From a virus (taxonomy: Duplodnaviria > Caudoviricetes), in the IMG/VR virus record IMGVR_UViG_3300032303_002003, positions 32,001 through 96,000 of that record: 64,000 nt of DNA; one strand, 5' to 3'. Position numbers and translations under genes: made by a program. The notes below the pieces were generated by a model. That model was given only the letters and a program-made list of their open reading frames with translations. It searched no databases and had not been told where the DNA came from. Position 1 is the first letter of the stretch, and each line of letters opens with the position of its first letter. Positions 29,802-38,277 of this stretch are shown here, one piece after another.

Positions 29802-31265
29802 ATGAAATTTTCTGAATTTGTCCTATCTGAAGGTAGAAGAGAAACATTACTTAAAAAGTATATGGGTGAGTATGATATGCAAACCTTAGATGCAATTTTA
29901 AATGATGAATTTACAAAAGCAACAAATTACAAATATGTTGATTGGATTTTTAATCATTTAGATTTTGCTTCCACCACACACGCATTAGAAGTTTTACAAT
30001 TAGTTAAAGACTTTGATAGGATAGGTAAGAATTTAGAAAAAAAAGACATCAATCAATATCCTGATGTTGCAGAACTAATGGGCGTTATACAATCTTATAG
30101 TTCAAAATCTCAAGAAAAAAAGATTGACTCTGACGCAAAAAAAATATATGAGGATGGTAGAGTTCTTATTGTGAAACCTTTATCTCATAAGGCATCTTGC
30201 AAATATGGTGCCGGAACCAAATGGTGCACAACAGAAACTTCACCAGGATATTACGATAAATATACATCAGGTAATCAGGGACTTTATTATATAATAATGA
30301 AAGATTTTGATATTAGTAATAAGTTTTATAAAATCGCATTACATAGAGATAATAATCAAGATACTTGGTATGATGCAAAAGATACACCGATGCCTCCAAG
30401 AGAAGTTGATGTATTAAAAGTGGGATTAGGAAAAAAAGCAACAAACGCAATTGATGATGATTTTAATGAGAACAAAAACAAAATAATTAAAGAACTTTTT
30501 AATCCAAAAAATCACGACCACGCAGTTGTCACTTACAACCTTTTTAATTCAACAAAACCATTAACCCTTGAGTTTAAAAACCCTCAAATATCTAATGAAG
30601 GTGCAGGATTTGCGGAAATGGATTTAATTGTTTATTTAGGTTGGGAAGATAATGAACAGATAATTGAACAGGGAACTTTAAAAATTTCTTATAATAAACT
30701 ACCTGGAAATGATTCATATTCTTTTGATGTTGGTTATGAACCCGATGATAGTTTTACCCCACCTGTTGAACTTACTACTTTGTGGAATATGGACGCCAAT
30801 TTTGGATTAAACCTAACGCAAAGCACTATCCCCCCATTCAAATACTTTTGCAATATATTGAATTCTCAAATTTGGAGAAGTCTTGAATATGATAAAAACT
30901 TACAAAAATTTGTTTTAGGTGGTAAAAAAAGTTGGAGTCCAAATAGAAGTAGTTATGGATTTACCTTTGAAAGAAAGGGTGGTTTAATCAATAAATTAGT
31001 TGATTATATAGATAGTGGAAAAGAAGGAAATGCAATAGATTTCTTGGAAGACGCAAAAGTTGTTAGAATTTTAGTCAACCCTGACGGAACAAAAAAATAT
31101 ATTGGAAAAAGAGGTCATATACAACCAAAAGGATATTTTAGCGCGTTTTTCGCATCTGCAAGAAACGCCGGAATATTAAATTACGAAAGAAAAAATAAAA
31201 AAAATATTTTAACAAAAGGCCCTAACTTTGATGATTTCAAAGAAGGTAATTTAGTCCCACTTTAA
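29802..31265 (+). CDS. hypothetical protein, ASCKYG.GTKWCT family, with leader MKFSEFVLSE
   Basis: 487 aa; shares a motif with 49812..50900. Confidence 0.7.
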   Translation: MKFSEFVLSEGRRETLLKKYMGEYDMQTLDAILNDEFTKATNYKYVDWIFNHLDFASTTHALEVLQLVKDFDRIGKNLEKKDINQYPDVAELMGVIQSYSSKSQEKKIDSDAKKIYEDGRVLIVKPLSHKASCKYGAGTKWCTTETSPGYYDKYTSGNQGLYYIIMKDFDISNKFYKIALHRDNNQDTWYDAKDTPMPPREVDVLKVGLGKKATNAIDDDFNENKNKIIKELFNPKNHDHAVVTYNLFNSTKPLTLEFKNPQISNEGAGFAEMDLIVYLGWEDNEQIIEQGTLKISYNKLPGNDSYSFDVGYEPDDSFTPPVELTTLWNMDANFGLNLTQSTIPPFKYFCNILNSQIWRSLEYDKNLQKFVLGGKKSWSPNRSSYGFTFERKGGLINKLVDYIDSGKEGNAIDFLEDAKVVRILVNPDGTKKYIGKRGHIQPKGYFSAFFASARNAGILNYERKNKKNILTKGPNFDDFKEGNLVPL

Positions 31266-31266
31266 T

Positions 31267-31602
31267 ATGAAATATAAACTATCAAACGAAAGATTAAAAC
31301 AATTAATTTTTAATTTACTTAATAAAGAATTGGGACGTGGGAAATTTCATGCTTGGATAGATTCTTATGGTTATAGTGATTTACGAAAAAATGATGAGCA
31401 TGATGGACTTATGGTTCTTGTTGATGAAGAAGAGATAAGAATATTTCCTGCACTATATAAAACTATGATGGAAGCCCTCGGAATGGATGTGTATCAAATG
31501 GAAGATTTTTTAACTTTGTGGGCAACTACTGAATTACCTAAAAAGTTCCCTACTGGTAGAAGATACTTTTTTGGTGATAAATTTGTGGATGTAATACATT
31601 AA
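31267..31602 (+). CDS. hypothetical protein
   Basis: 111 aa ORF with leader-like N-terminus. Confidence 0.6.
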   Translation: MKYKLSNERLKQLIFNLLNKELGRGKFHAWIDSYGYSDLRKNDEHDGLMVLVDEEEIRIFPALYKTMMEALGMDVYQMEDFLTLWATTELPKKFPTGRRYFFGDKFVDVIH

Positions 31603-31823
31603 TTTTTTTTAGAAAGCCTGCGAAAGTAAAAATATAATCCAAAGAATACTCCCGCAATACAATACATAACGAAGTTGGCTCTCCATAAACTTCCTGTCCA
31701 TAACATCAGAGAATACTGAACGGCATCGAACCCAAAAGGATTGAAAAATAATGCCAACATTAAAAAGATTTGAGAGAGATTGTCTTGAAACGTTGCTCTC
31801 CAAGTTTTTTTGTTTATCGCCAT
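31599..31823 (-). CDS. small membrane protein (2 TM)
   Basis: Two hydrophobic segments and basic C-tail. Confidence 0.6.
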   Translation of the reverse strand: MAINKKTWRATFQDNLSQIFLMLALFFNPFGFDAVQYSLMLWTGSLWRANFVMYCIAGVFFGLYFYFRRLSKKN

Positions 31824-31895
31824 CAGCCATAGGGTTAAATTTTAAATTTATGTCTTAATGACTAAATTTTATTATATTTAAATAAATATTAGAAT

Positions 31896-32087
31896 ATGAT
31901 AGATATTAAAAAAATTTTAGAAGAAGGAGGCCCGATGAAAAAGTATGATGGCATCGCCCCTGATGGATTTATATTGATTACTGAAGGTGCATTAGAAGAA
32001 CTCAAAGTCTTCGATACTTGGAAAGAATGGAAAAATAACACATTATCAATTAAAGAACTTAACAACAGGAATTTTCCTGAAATTTAA
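31896..32087 (+). CDS. hypothetical protein
   Basis: 63 aa ORF. Confidence 0.5.
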   Translation: MIDIKKILEEGGPMKKYDGIAPDGFILITEGALEELKVFDTWKEWKNNTLSIKELNNRNFPEI

Positions 32088-32099
32088 GTATTTATTGGT

Positions 32100-32726
32100 A
32101 TGAAAAAACAATCTGTTTTAAACGAACAAATTGATAGAATGAAAATTCTTATGGAGGGTCCCAATATGGTTGCACTTAAAACCACTTCTTACCCAAATGT
32201 TAAGTTTGATACTGACGGTACCCAAAATGATGAGGTTAATAAGGCTTTGTTAGATGATATTCAAAAAGCCGCCGAATCTACAGGAATTATTGCAACAATA
32301 ACAACTGCCAAAACAGGTCATTCGGAATTAACAATTAATGGTCGTAATAGTAGACATATGAATGGTACAGGCGTTGATGTTGCAATATTAGACGGGATAG
32401 GGTCAAACGGAGCAACAAATTCCTTAAATGGAAATGCGAAATTTAGGGAGTTAGGGACTAAATTAAAAAATGAGTTAGTTTCTATGGGATATATTTGGAA
32501 TACGGAGTCGGGGAACGATAAAGCAGTTCTTTGGCAGACAAATACTGGTGGAAATCATTTTAATCATTTACACATATCTAACAAAACAGGTTCTTCAGAA
32601 AATACTTCAGATAAACACAATACTCTTTCTGATTTATTATCTTTATTTTCAAGTAAAGGAGGAGAAAGTTTAAATTTAAAAGATTTATTTAATCAAGTAT
32701 TAAAAAAGATATTCAACACGCCTTAA
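32100..32726 (+). CDS. M15-like (LAS) zinc peptidase with class B leader
   Basis: SRHMNGTGVD (H-x6-D) and NHLHIS (H-x-H). Confidence 0.65.
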   Translation: MKKQSVLNEQIDRMKILMEGPNMVALKTTSYPNVKFDTDGTQNDEVNKALLDDIQKAAESTGIIATITTAKTGHSELTINGRNSRHMNGTGVDVAILDGIGSNGATNSLNGNAKFRELGTKLKNELVSMGYIWNTESGNDKAVLWQTNTGGNHFNHLHISNKTGSSENTSDKHNTLSDLLSLFSSKGGESLNLKDLFNQVLKKIFNTP

Positions 32727-32729
32727 ATT

Positions 32730-33299
32730 ATGAATACAAAAAAAATGATAAATGAGGAGTTAGAAGTTTTGAATTTATTAAAAAAATTCAACTCCATATT
32801 AACAGAAGGTTTCTCTGATAGTGATTTTGGTGCGGGTTCTAATATGTCAAGTTACTATGTTACAATTCCAAAAGGAACAATAAAAAGTCCAACATCAGGA
32901 GTAATAAGTAATTATTTTGCCATAAAACCAGGGTGTAAAAATAGAACTGTTATAAAATTTACTACCAATGATAAAACATTTTACTTTGAGTATTGTGGAA
33001 TAACAGACGTAAAGGTTAAAAATGGTTCATCAGTATCAAGAGGAAGTGTGTTAGGAACAAGTGATTCTGACGTTACTGCAACATTATTAAATGAAAAAGG
33101 TAATAGTTATTATTTCAAAGATTTAAACAAATTAAGTTCAACAACCTCACCAACATCTAAAACAACATCATCAAAAGACCCAACAGGTCTTGTTACTTAT
33201 GATGAAAGACTTAAAAGTTCTTTTTACGGAGATAAAAGTGCCGGAGATAGAATATCGGGAGTCACAATAGATGATAGATTTAAAAATTGGAATTACTAA
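32730..33299 (+). CDS. degenerate M23-like domain protein with leader
   Basis: IKSPTSGVI...VKVKNGSSVSRGSVLG pattern; catalytic His not seen. Confidence 0.45.
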   Translation: MNTKKMINEELEVLNLLKKFNSILTEGFSDSDFGAGSNMSSYYVTIPKGTIKSPTSGVISNYFAIKPGCKNRTVIKFTTNDKTFYFEYCGITDVKVKNGSSVSRGSVLGTSDSDVTATLLNEKGNSYYFKDLNKLSSTTSPTSKTTSSKDPTGLVTYDERLKSSFYGDKSAGDRISGVTIDDRFKNWNY

Positions 33300-33346
33300 T
33301 AAAAAAACCCACTTAAAAAAGTGGGTTTTTATTTTCAAAAAGAAAA

Positions 33347-33532
33347 TTATTTCTTTTCTGTAACTTTTGTAGTATCAACTGTAACTACTGTTGTATCAAT
33401 AGTTTTAGTTGTATCTACAACAGTTTTAGTTGTGTCAACTTTTGTTGAGTCTGTGGTTGGGGTCTCAGTAGATTCTCCACCGCCGCAAGATGCTAATGCT
33501 ACGATAGAAAGAATTGCGATTACTTTTTTCAT
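33347..33532 (-). CDS. small Thr-rich lipoprotein
   Basis: MKKVIAILSIVALAS-C lipobox, then DST/DTT repeats. Confidence 0.75.
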   Translation of the reverse strand: MKKVIAILSIVALASCGGGESTETPTTDSTKVDTTKTVVDTTKTIDTTVVTVDTTKVTEKK

Positions 33533-33658
33533 AATTGTGTTTTTTAATTTATTTCTGTACATAAATATACACAAATATTGGACAAGTGTCAAATGATTTG
33601 GAATTTTTTTTAAAAAAAAGATATTTATTAATAAATAAACTTTTAAAATTTTTTAAAA

Positions 33659-33829
33659 ATGATTGTAAAAGAACAAGTTTTAGGTTTGATTAGACACGCA
33701 CTAACATTTGCTGGCGGTCTTCTAATCGCTAAAGGACTCATCACTGAATCAGTATCTGTTGATATTATTGGTGGTGTGATGACATTGGTTGGCTCAATTT
33801 GGTCAATCTTATCAAAGAAAACTGCTTAA
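33659..33829 (+). CDS. putative holin, 56 aa (not in ORF track)
   Basis: MIVKEQVLGLIRHALTFAGGLLIAKG...GGVMTLVGSIWSILSKKTA; two TM segments; TATTTAT upstream and terminator downstream. Confidence 0.65.
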   Translation: MIVKEQVLGLIRHALTFAGGLLIAKGLITESVSVDIIGGVMTLVGSIWSILSKKTA

Positions 33830-33850
33830 GTTTTAATAGTTCTAAAAAGG

Positions 33851-33880
33851 AAAAAGGTCAGATTAATCTGACCTTTTTTT
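33851..33880. terminator. bidirectional terminator
   Basis: AAAAAGGTCAGAT-TA-ATCTGACCTTTTT perfect inverted repeat. Confidence 0.85.
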
Positions 33881-33882
33881 AT

Positions 33883-34017
33883 AACCGAGTGATAAGTTTT
33901 GTCAGGTATCTCGTTAGCTCACGTTTAACCACTTAACACACCATAAGAGAATTACTAAGTGTGTACCCTTGCGTCTCTGTTCTCCCAGATAACTTATCTA
34001 CGCATTTTTACTCGGTT
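33883..34017 (-). ncRNA. candidate structured ncRNA
   Basis: Nested stems AACCGAGT/ACTCGGTT, GATAAGTT/AACTTATC, ACACAC/GTGTGT; no ORF; strand inferred from neighbouring tRNA. Confidence 0.55.
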
Positions 34018-34025
34018 TAATTCTT

Positions 34026-34166
34026 TAGTTGATACAGGAATCGAACCTGTTAGGATTTGAATCAGAAATCAACCTTATTTGATACTCTATCGGATGTATC
34101 TATTCGGCCTATTCCCTACCTAAGACACCGATGATTGTCCTTCGGGAACCCCCCTTCTCCCAACTA
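34026..34166 (-). ncRNA. tRNA-like RNA with oversized core
   Basis: Closing stem TAGTTGG/TCAACTA and perfect T-arm ACAGG-TTCGATT-CCTGT; about 105 nt replace the D and anticodon arms. Confidence 0.6.
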
Positions 34167-34174
34167 AAAAATTG

Positions 34175-34246
34175 TACCCCGGACGGGAATCGAACCCGTG
34201 ACTCTTCCGTGAAAGGGAAGCGTCTTAACCCCTTGACCACCGCGGC
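34175..34246 (-). tRNA. tRNA-Glu(TTC)
   Basis: Cloverleaf; anticodon arm CTTCC-CTTTCAC-GGAAG, T-arm ACGGG-TTCGATT-CCCGT; one G:G acceptor mismatch; CCA not encoded. Confidence 0.9.
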
Positions 34247-34251
34247 ATTTA

Positions 34252-34635
34252 TCACAATCTCACTTCAAATCTATTTTTCATCACTTCCAACTTATCTTCA
34301 GGAACTCCGTGCTCATTTACTCCCCCGTGTCTATTCTCCACTATGATAGAATGAACTCTATACCCGTATTTTTTGGCTAATTCATAGTATGCTTTCATCT
34401 CCCACTCTTGAGTGAATGTATTGGAAACAATTACTTTTTCGTGTCCATCCAACATCGCAATTTGTGTTTGGTTTTGACAATGACTATGAGCATTACTTAA
34501 TAATGACGGATTAAACTTGTATTCACCCTCAAACATAAAAAAATTGTCGGCTTCAAATACTGGTCCACCTAATGTTTTTGCTAATGTTGATTTACCACTT
34601 CCGGGTAATCCTCTTAATAGTATTAATTCTTTCAT
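34252..34635 (-). CDS. P-loop kinase (AAA_33, polynucleotide kinase-like)
   Basis: LILLRGLPGSGKST, EADNFF, VSNTF and HGVP motifs. Confidence 0.82.
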   Translation of the reverse strand: MKELILLRGLPGSGKSTLAKTLGGPVFEADNFFMFEGEYKFNPSLLSNAHSHCQNQTQIAMLDGHEKVIVSNTFTQEWEMKAYYELAKKYGYRVHSIIVENRHGGVNEHGVPEDKLEVMKNRFEVRL

Positions 34636-34638
34636 AAT

Positions 34639-34848
34639 TTATTGTTTAACGTAATCCATTGTCTCTCTCAATTTGGCTATTAACGCCTCCAAACTTTCTG
34701 TGTTCAAATACAATCTAGTTTTATAATCCGCATCATCAACATCTTTAAACTCCAACGTAATTCCATCAAATTCAGGTGTTGGCTGAATCCTTATATCTTG
34801 TTCTGTGTGTGTTGTAATCTCTGTTTTAATCCAAACTTTATTTTTCAT
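34639..34848 (-). CDS. hypothetical protein
   Basis: 69 aa ORF in operon. Confidence 0.6.
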   Translation of the reverse strand: MKNKVWIKTEITTHTEQDIRIQPTPEFDGITLEFKDVDDADYKTRLYLNTESLEALIAKLRETMDYVKQ

Positions 34849-34853
34849 ATATT

Positions 34854-35510
34854 TTATCCTTTATCTTTATTTACAATATCATCTGTGTGGTGGTCTTCAC
34901 CAATTTCCGATTTAATCGGTCTTTTCTTTAATAATGGAACAACTTCTCTTATCAAATTGTAAGGTCTGAACTCCGGGTGTCCATCCATTCCAACATCCAT
35001 TCTTTTACCCAAACCAAATCTTTTATTGGTAGGTAAGTGACAGTGTCCGTGTAAGTGCATTACACCCTTATTTAACCCATCCCAGCTCGAAATGGGATAG
35101 TGCATCAATTGGAATTTATAATCTCCTATTTCAACTGTATTGTAGTGAGAAACACTTTGGAACAATCCTTGTGAACCATCTCTATTTCTATCTATGTGGT
35201 GGTCGTGATTTCCAAGTATAAGGTGAATGTTTTTACATATCAATCTATCCCAAAATTCTCTAATTTGTTCATAACCACCAAAACTCCAATCCCCAAGGTG
35301 AATAAGAATATCATCCTGTCCCACAACTTCGTTAATGTTATTAACAATTGCGGTATTCATTTTTTCGATGGTTGCAAAGTCCCTTGTTTGTTCCACAGGA
35401 ATTTCACCATTTGGTAATCTCCAATTAGTTACACCACGACATATATTTTTGTGAGAGAAGTGAGAATCGCTTGTCACCCAAACATTTGTATTTGTATCTA
35501 TTTTTATCAT
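34854..35510 (-). CDS. calcineurin-like metallophosphoesterase
   Basis: SDSHF, HLGD, GNHD, HYP and HGHCH motifs. Confidence 0.9.
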   Translation of the reverse strand: MIKIDTNTNVWVTSDSHFSHKNICRGVTNWRLPNGEIPVEQTRDFATIEKMNTAIVNNINEVVGQDDILIHLGDWSFGGYEQIREFWDRLICKNIHLILGNHDHHIDRNRDGSQGLFQSVSHYNTVEIGDYKFQLMHYPISSWDGLNKGVMHLHGHCHLPTNKRFGLGKRMDVGMDGHPEFRPYNLIREVVPLLKKRPIKSEIGEDHHTDDIVNKDKG

Positions 35511-35554
35511 AGGACAAAGATACGAAACTTTTTTTAATTACCAAAAAATATTTT

Positions 35555-35656
35555 AAGGAAAACAGAAGATGGGGGAGTGGACATCTGTTTTTATGATTGG
35601 CATTACTCGCTTTCGCTAGCCCCTCAGGTTTTTTTTATACCTTTCCCCAATCAACC
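35555..35656 (-). ncRNA. candidate structured RNA plus terminator
   Basis: GC-rich intergenic island: TGATTGG/CCAATCA closing stem, GAAA tetraloop hairpin, then AAAACAGATG...CATCTTCTGTTTT hairpin. Confidence 0.4.
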
Positions 35657-35661
35657 TAATA

Positions 35662-36045
35662 TTAATTTTCGCATTCGTAGTCGTACATTACACCTGTATC
35701 ATAAACAATTGAATATAACATATGACTTGATACTTCGGGTTTAAATTTTTTCATCATAAAAACGCATTTATCACCATTTCCGTTTACACACTTCCAAGTA
35801 TAACATACGTGACTTTCATATGTTGTTTTTTCAGGGTCATCATAAGTTTTAAACTTATATGTTCCAATTGTAATGTCCCAATCTTTCATAATCACAAACA
35901 TATCTGCAGGACGGCTAGATGAAACTGTTTTCCATTCATTTCCATTCCATTCACTTTTGCTGGCAACAAGAACTTTAGAAAAACTTTGTGAATAACTAAA
36001 TAAAGTTAGGAGTAGACTGACTACTATGAGTGTTACTTTTTTCAT
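35662..36045 (-). CDS. secreted hypothetical protein
   Basis: Signal peptide MKKVTLIVVSLLLTLFSYS-Q (Gln at +1, common in Bacteroidota). Confidence 0.7.
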   Translation of the reverse strand: MKKVTLIVVSLLLTLFSYSQSFSKVLVASKSEWNGNEWKTVSSSRPADMFVIMKDWDITIGTYKFKTYDDPEKTTYESHVCYTWKCVNGNGDKCVFMMKKFKPEVSSHMLYSIVYDTGVMYDYECEN

Positions 36046-36125
36046 ATTGTTTTAATGTTAATAAACAAATATAAATAAAAAACCCGAACTATCAAAGTCC
36101 GGGTTCAGTTTTTTTATAAAGAATT

Positions 36126-36845
36126 TTATTTTCCAAATTCTCCTTCAAATAGTGTTGTTGTTATACTATTTTGTTCATTCCACGTATGATTTAATTCCGC
36201 AGTATTATTTTCCATATTAAATATAAAATCACCTTGAGACCCTTCGTTATTTTCCCAACCTCCAAAATTTCTTGATAACTCTCTGTAGCACCAATCTTCA
36301 ACAGGACCGGTTACTGGTTCACCATTTTCAAATCTATCTTCCAAATAACCACTATCACCTGAACCATTATATCTTACCTCCATAAGAGGTTCAACATCGG
36401 TACAATTTTCTTTAATTGAATTAAATACATCCATACTAATTTCATCTTCCGCGGCAGAGAATTCTATACCACCCCCGTTACCTGCTTCAGTGTATACAAT
36501 ATAATGAAGTAACGTAATTTCACTACTTACACAATCAATTTCTATCTCAACTCTACCATAATTAACATAATCGGGAAAATCTATATCATCTTGTCTTTTT
36601 TGTCCTGCAACCACAATCTTCTCAAGAATTGGTATTAATCCTTCAGGTACTTCAACTGAATAATTATTTGAAAAATTTGTAACTCTATCAAATCTAATAT
36701 CAGAAATTTCATAAATTTCATAACCATCCTCAAGTTCAAGAAGTTCAATATCTCCTCGTTGTAATCCATATGATTGCAAATATCTTGAAACTTTTCTAAG
36801 GTATTTTTTATCTTCGGGTGTTAAAATTGATATACTTTGTTCCAT
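36126..36845 (-). CDS. DUF6878-like protein
   Basis: YNGSGDSG and GGWENNEGSQG motifs (recognised by eye). Confidence 0.6.
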   Translation of the reverse strand: MEQSISILTPEDKKYLRKVSRYLQSYGLQRGDIELLELEDGYEIYEISDIRFDRVTNFSNNYSVEVPEGLIPILEKIVVAGQKRQDDIDFPDYVNYGRVEIEIDCVSSEITLLHYIVYTEAGNGGGIEFSAAEDEISMDVFNSIKENCTDVEPLMEVRYNGSGDSGYLEDRFENGEPVTGPVEDWCYRELSRNFGGWENNEGSQGDFIFNMENNTAELNHTWNEQNSITTTLFEGEFGK

Positions 36846-36861
36846 AAACTATAAATATCTT

Positions 36862-37215
36862 TTAATCTTCAAATTCTAATTTTAAAACTTTTATCATCCA
36901 AAGAGGTCTTTCATTTGATGAAATGTTATTAACCCACTCTTTGGCAGATGGAATATATCCATTACAATCTTCCTTGACGTGTTGTTCCCCAACATATCTT
37001 GTATATACCGTTTTCCCATCAGAGTTTTTAAATTCCGTACCAAACCTCTGTTCCATTTCAAATATACCTTCGCTATGATGTCTAAACATTCTGTGTAAAG
37101 AATCCCCAAACCATCCTTTGGTTTCATCAAGCCATTCGTGCAGATGAATATAATCCTCCCATTTCCCACCAAATTTCTTGGCAGAACTCTTCGCGTGTAA
37201 ATTTGGATGAGCCAT
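36862..37215 (-). CDS. DUF6915-like protein
   Basis: MAHPNLHAKSSAKKFGG...HEWLDETK...HRMFRHH.EG...EQHVKED; start corrected. Confidence 0.7.
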   Translation of the reverse strand: MAHPNLHAKSSAKKFGGKWEDYIHLHEWLDETKGWFGDSLHRMFRHHSEGIFEMEQRFGTEFKNSDGKTVYTRYVGEQHVKEDCNGYIPSAKEWVNNISSNERPLWMIKVLKLEFED

Positions 37216-37216
37216 A

Positions 37217-37396
37217 TTATATTTCTTTAAGTATGTATTCGTGAGCAGAATCGGAGTTTGATTGAAACAACAATCTTGTTTTTTCTGCTTCGGCGTAATC
37301 TTCAAAATCTAACACCTCTCCGTGTGTATCTATTATTACTACAGGTACTTTAACACCCTTTTCGGTTAATTCCATTTTTTTAATTATTATCCACAT
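37217..37396 (-). CDS. hypothetical protein, 59 aa (not in ORF track)
   Basis: MWIIIKKMELTEKGVKVPVVIIDTHGEVLDF...YILKEI*; fills the gap between neighbours exactly. Confidence 0.6.
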   Translation of the reverse strand: MWIIIKKMELTEKGVKVPVVIIDTHGEVLDFEDYAEAEKTRLLFQSNSDSAHEYILKEI

Positions 37397-37397
37397 A

Positions 37398-37736
37398 TTA
37401 TTTAATTATTTGTATTAAAATTATTATTATAGCCAAAAGTATTGAAATTAATGTTTTAATTGTAAATGGTTCTTTAAATAAAAGTGAACTCATAATACTA
37501 AAAACAATAATACCTATTCCAAAACCTATAAATCTTGATTGCCAAATTTCACCTCCAAAATATAAAACTAAACTTTTTACAGATTGAATATATAACCAAC
37601 TTATTGGTATACTCACCAATAATAATATATACGGATGTTTCTCATACCAACCATATTTTACATTACCCTGTAACTGCAAAAAACTACCTATCTGTCCAAA
37701 CAATCCATATAACACACCAAAAAATAAGTTATTCAT
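37398..37736 (-). CDS. four-TM membrane protein (SMR/DMT-like size)
   Basis: 112 aa, four hydrophobic segments, LFKEP motif. Confidence 0.6.
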   Translation of the reverse strand: MNNLFFGVLYGLFGQIGSFLQLQGNVKYGWYEKHPYILLLVSIPISWLYIQSVKSLVLYFGGEIWQSRFIGFGIGIIVFSIMSSLLFKEPFTIKTLISILLAIIIILIQIIK

Positions 37737-37792
37737 AAAATAAAATTAGTAAAAATATTTGATATTACAAACTTTTTTTTGATATTTATAGT

Positions 37793-37925
37793 ATATCTTC
37801 AAAAGAATGTCTTTTGGGATAATATATGAGAAATTGGTTAGTACGAGACGTGATATATCTCAAACCATAAAATTCTAAAATCAATTTATAGAGGAAATCG
37901 GGAGTCATTTGACTCCCATTTTTAT
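37793..37925 (+). ncRNA. candidate small RNA A (contains 14-codon ORF 37826..37870)
   Basis: GATATTTATA upstream, two hairpins, terminator GGGAGTC-ATTT-GACTCCC. Confidence 0.5.
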
Positions 37926-37955
37926 TTTTAGTATGTTTGAACAAAATAAAATACT

Positions 37956-38267
37956 ATGAAAAAAATTATTAAACATTTGACTTATTTTAGTCGTGAAATT
38001 CTAATTGTTTCCTTATCTTTGCTTTTATTCATTAATACCATCACACAAAGTAGTGAGAAAAAACTATATCATCTTCAATCAATTGAAAACAAACAATTAA
38101 GAAAAGAATCAGATAGCTTAAAAATGATTAATGATAGTTTAGTTAGTGATAACATCATTATGGAAATGGAATTATACAGACACGAAATGACGAGACAAGA
38201 AGTATTTTTAAAAAACCCAAAAGTTGGACAAGAATATGAATACTATTTAGGACACTACACAGAATAA
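37956..38267 (+). CDS. membrane-anchored coiled-coil protein
   Basis: N-terminal TM then coiled coil; TATGTTTG upstream. Confidence 0.6.
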   Translation: MKKIIKHLTYFSREILIVSLSLLLFINTITQSSEKKLYHLQSIENKQLRKESDSLKMINDSLVSDNIIMEMELYRHEMTRQEVFLKNPKVGQEYEYYLGHYTE

Positions 38268-38277
38268 AATATAATAT

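Noticed and set aside
35590-35656. Hammerhead ribozyme (CTGA and GAAA present)
   Set aside because: Core CUGANGA and NUH elements are not in the required order or sequence
37216-37305. N-terminal extension of ORF 36862..37305
   Set aside because: Overlaps a better 59-aa ORF; the recognisable family begins at MAHP (37215)
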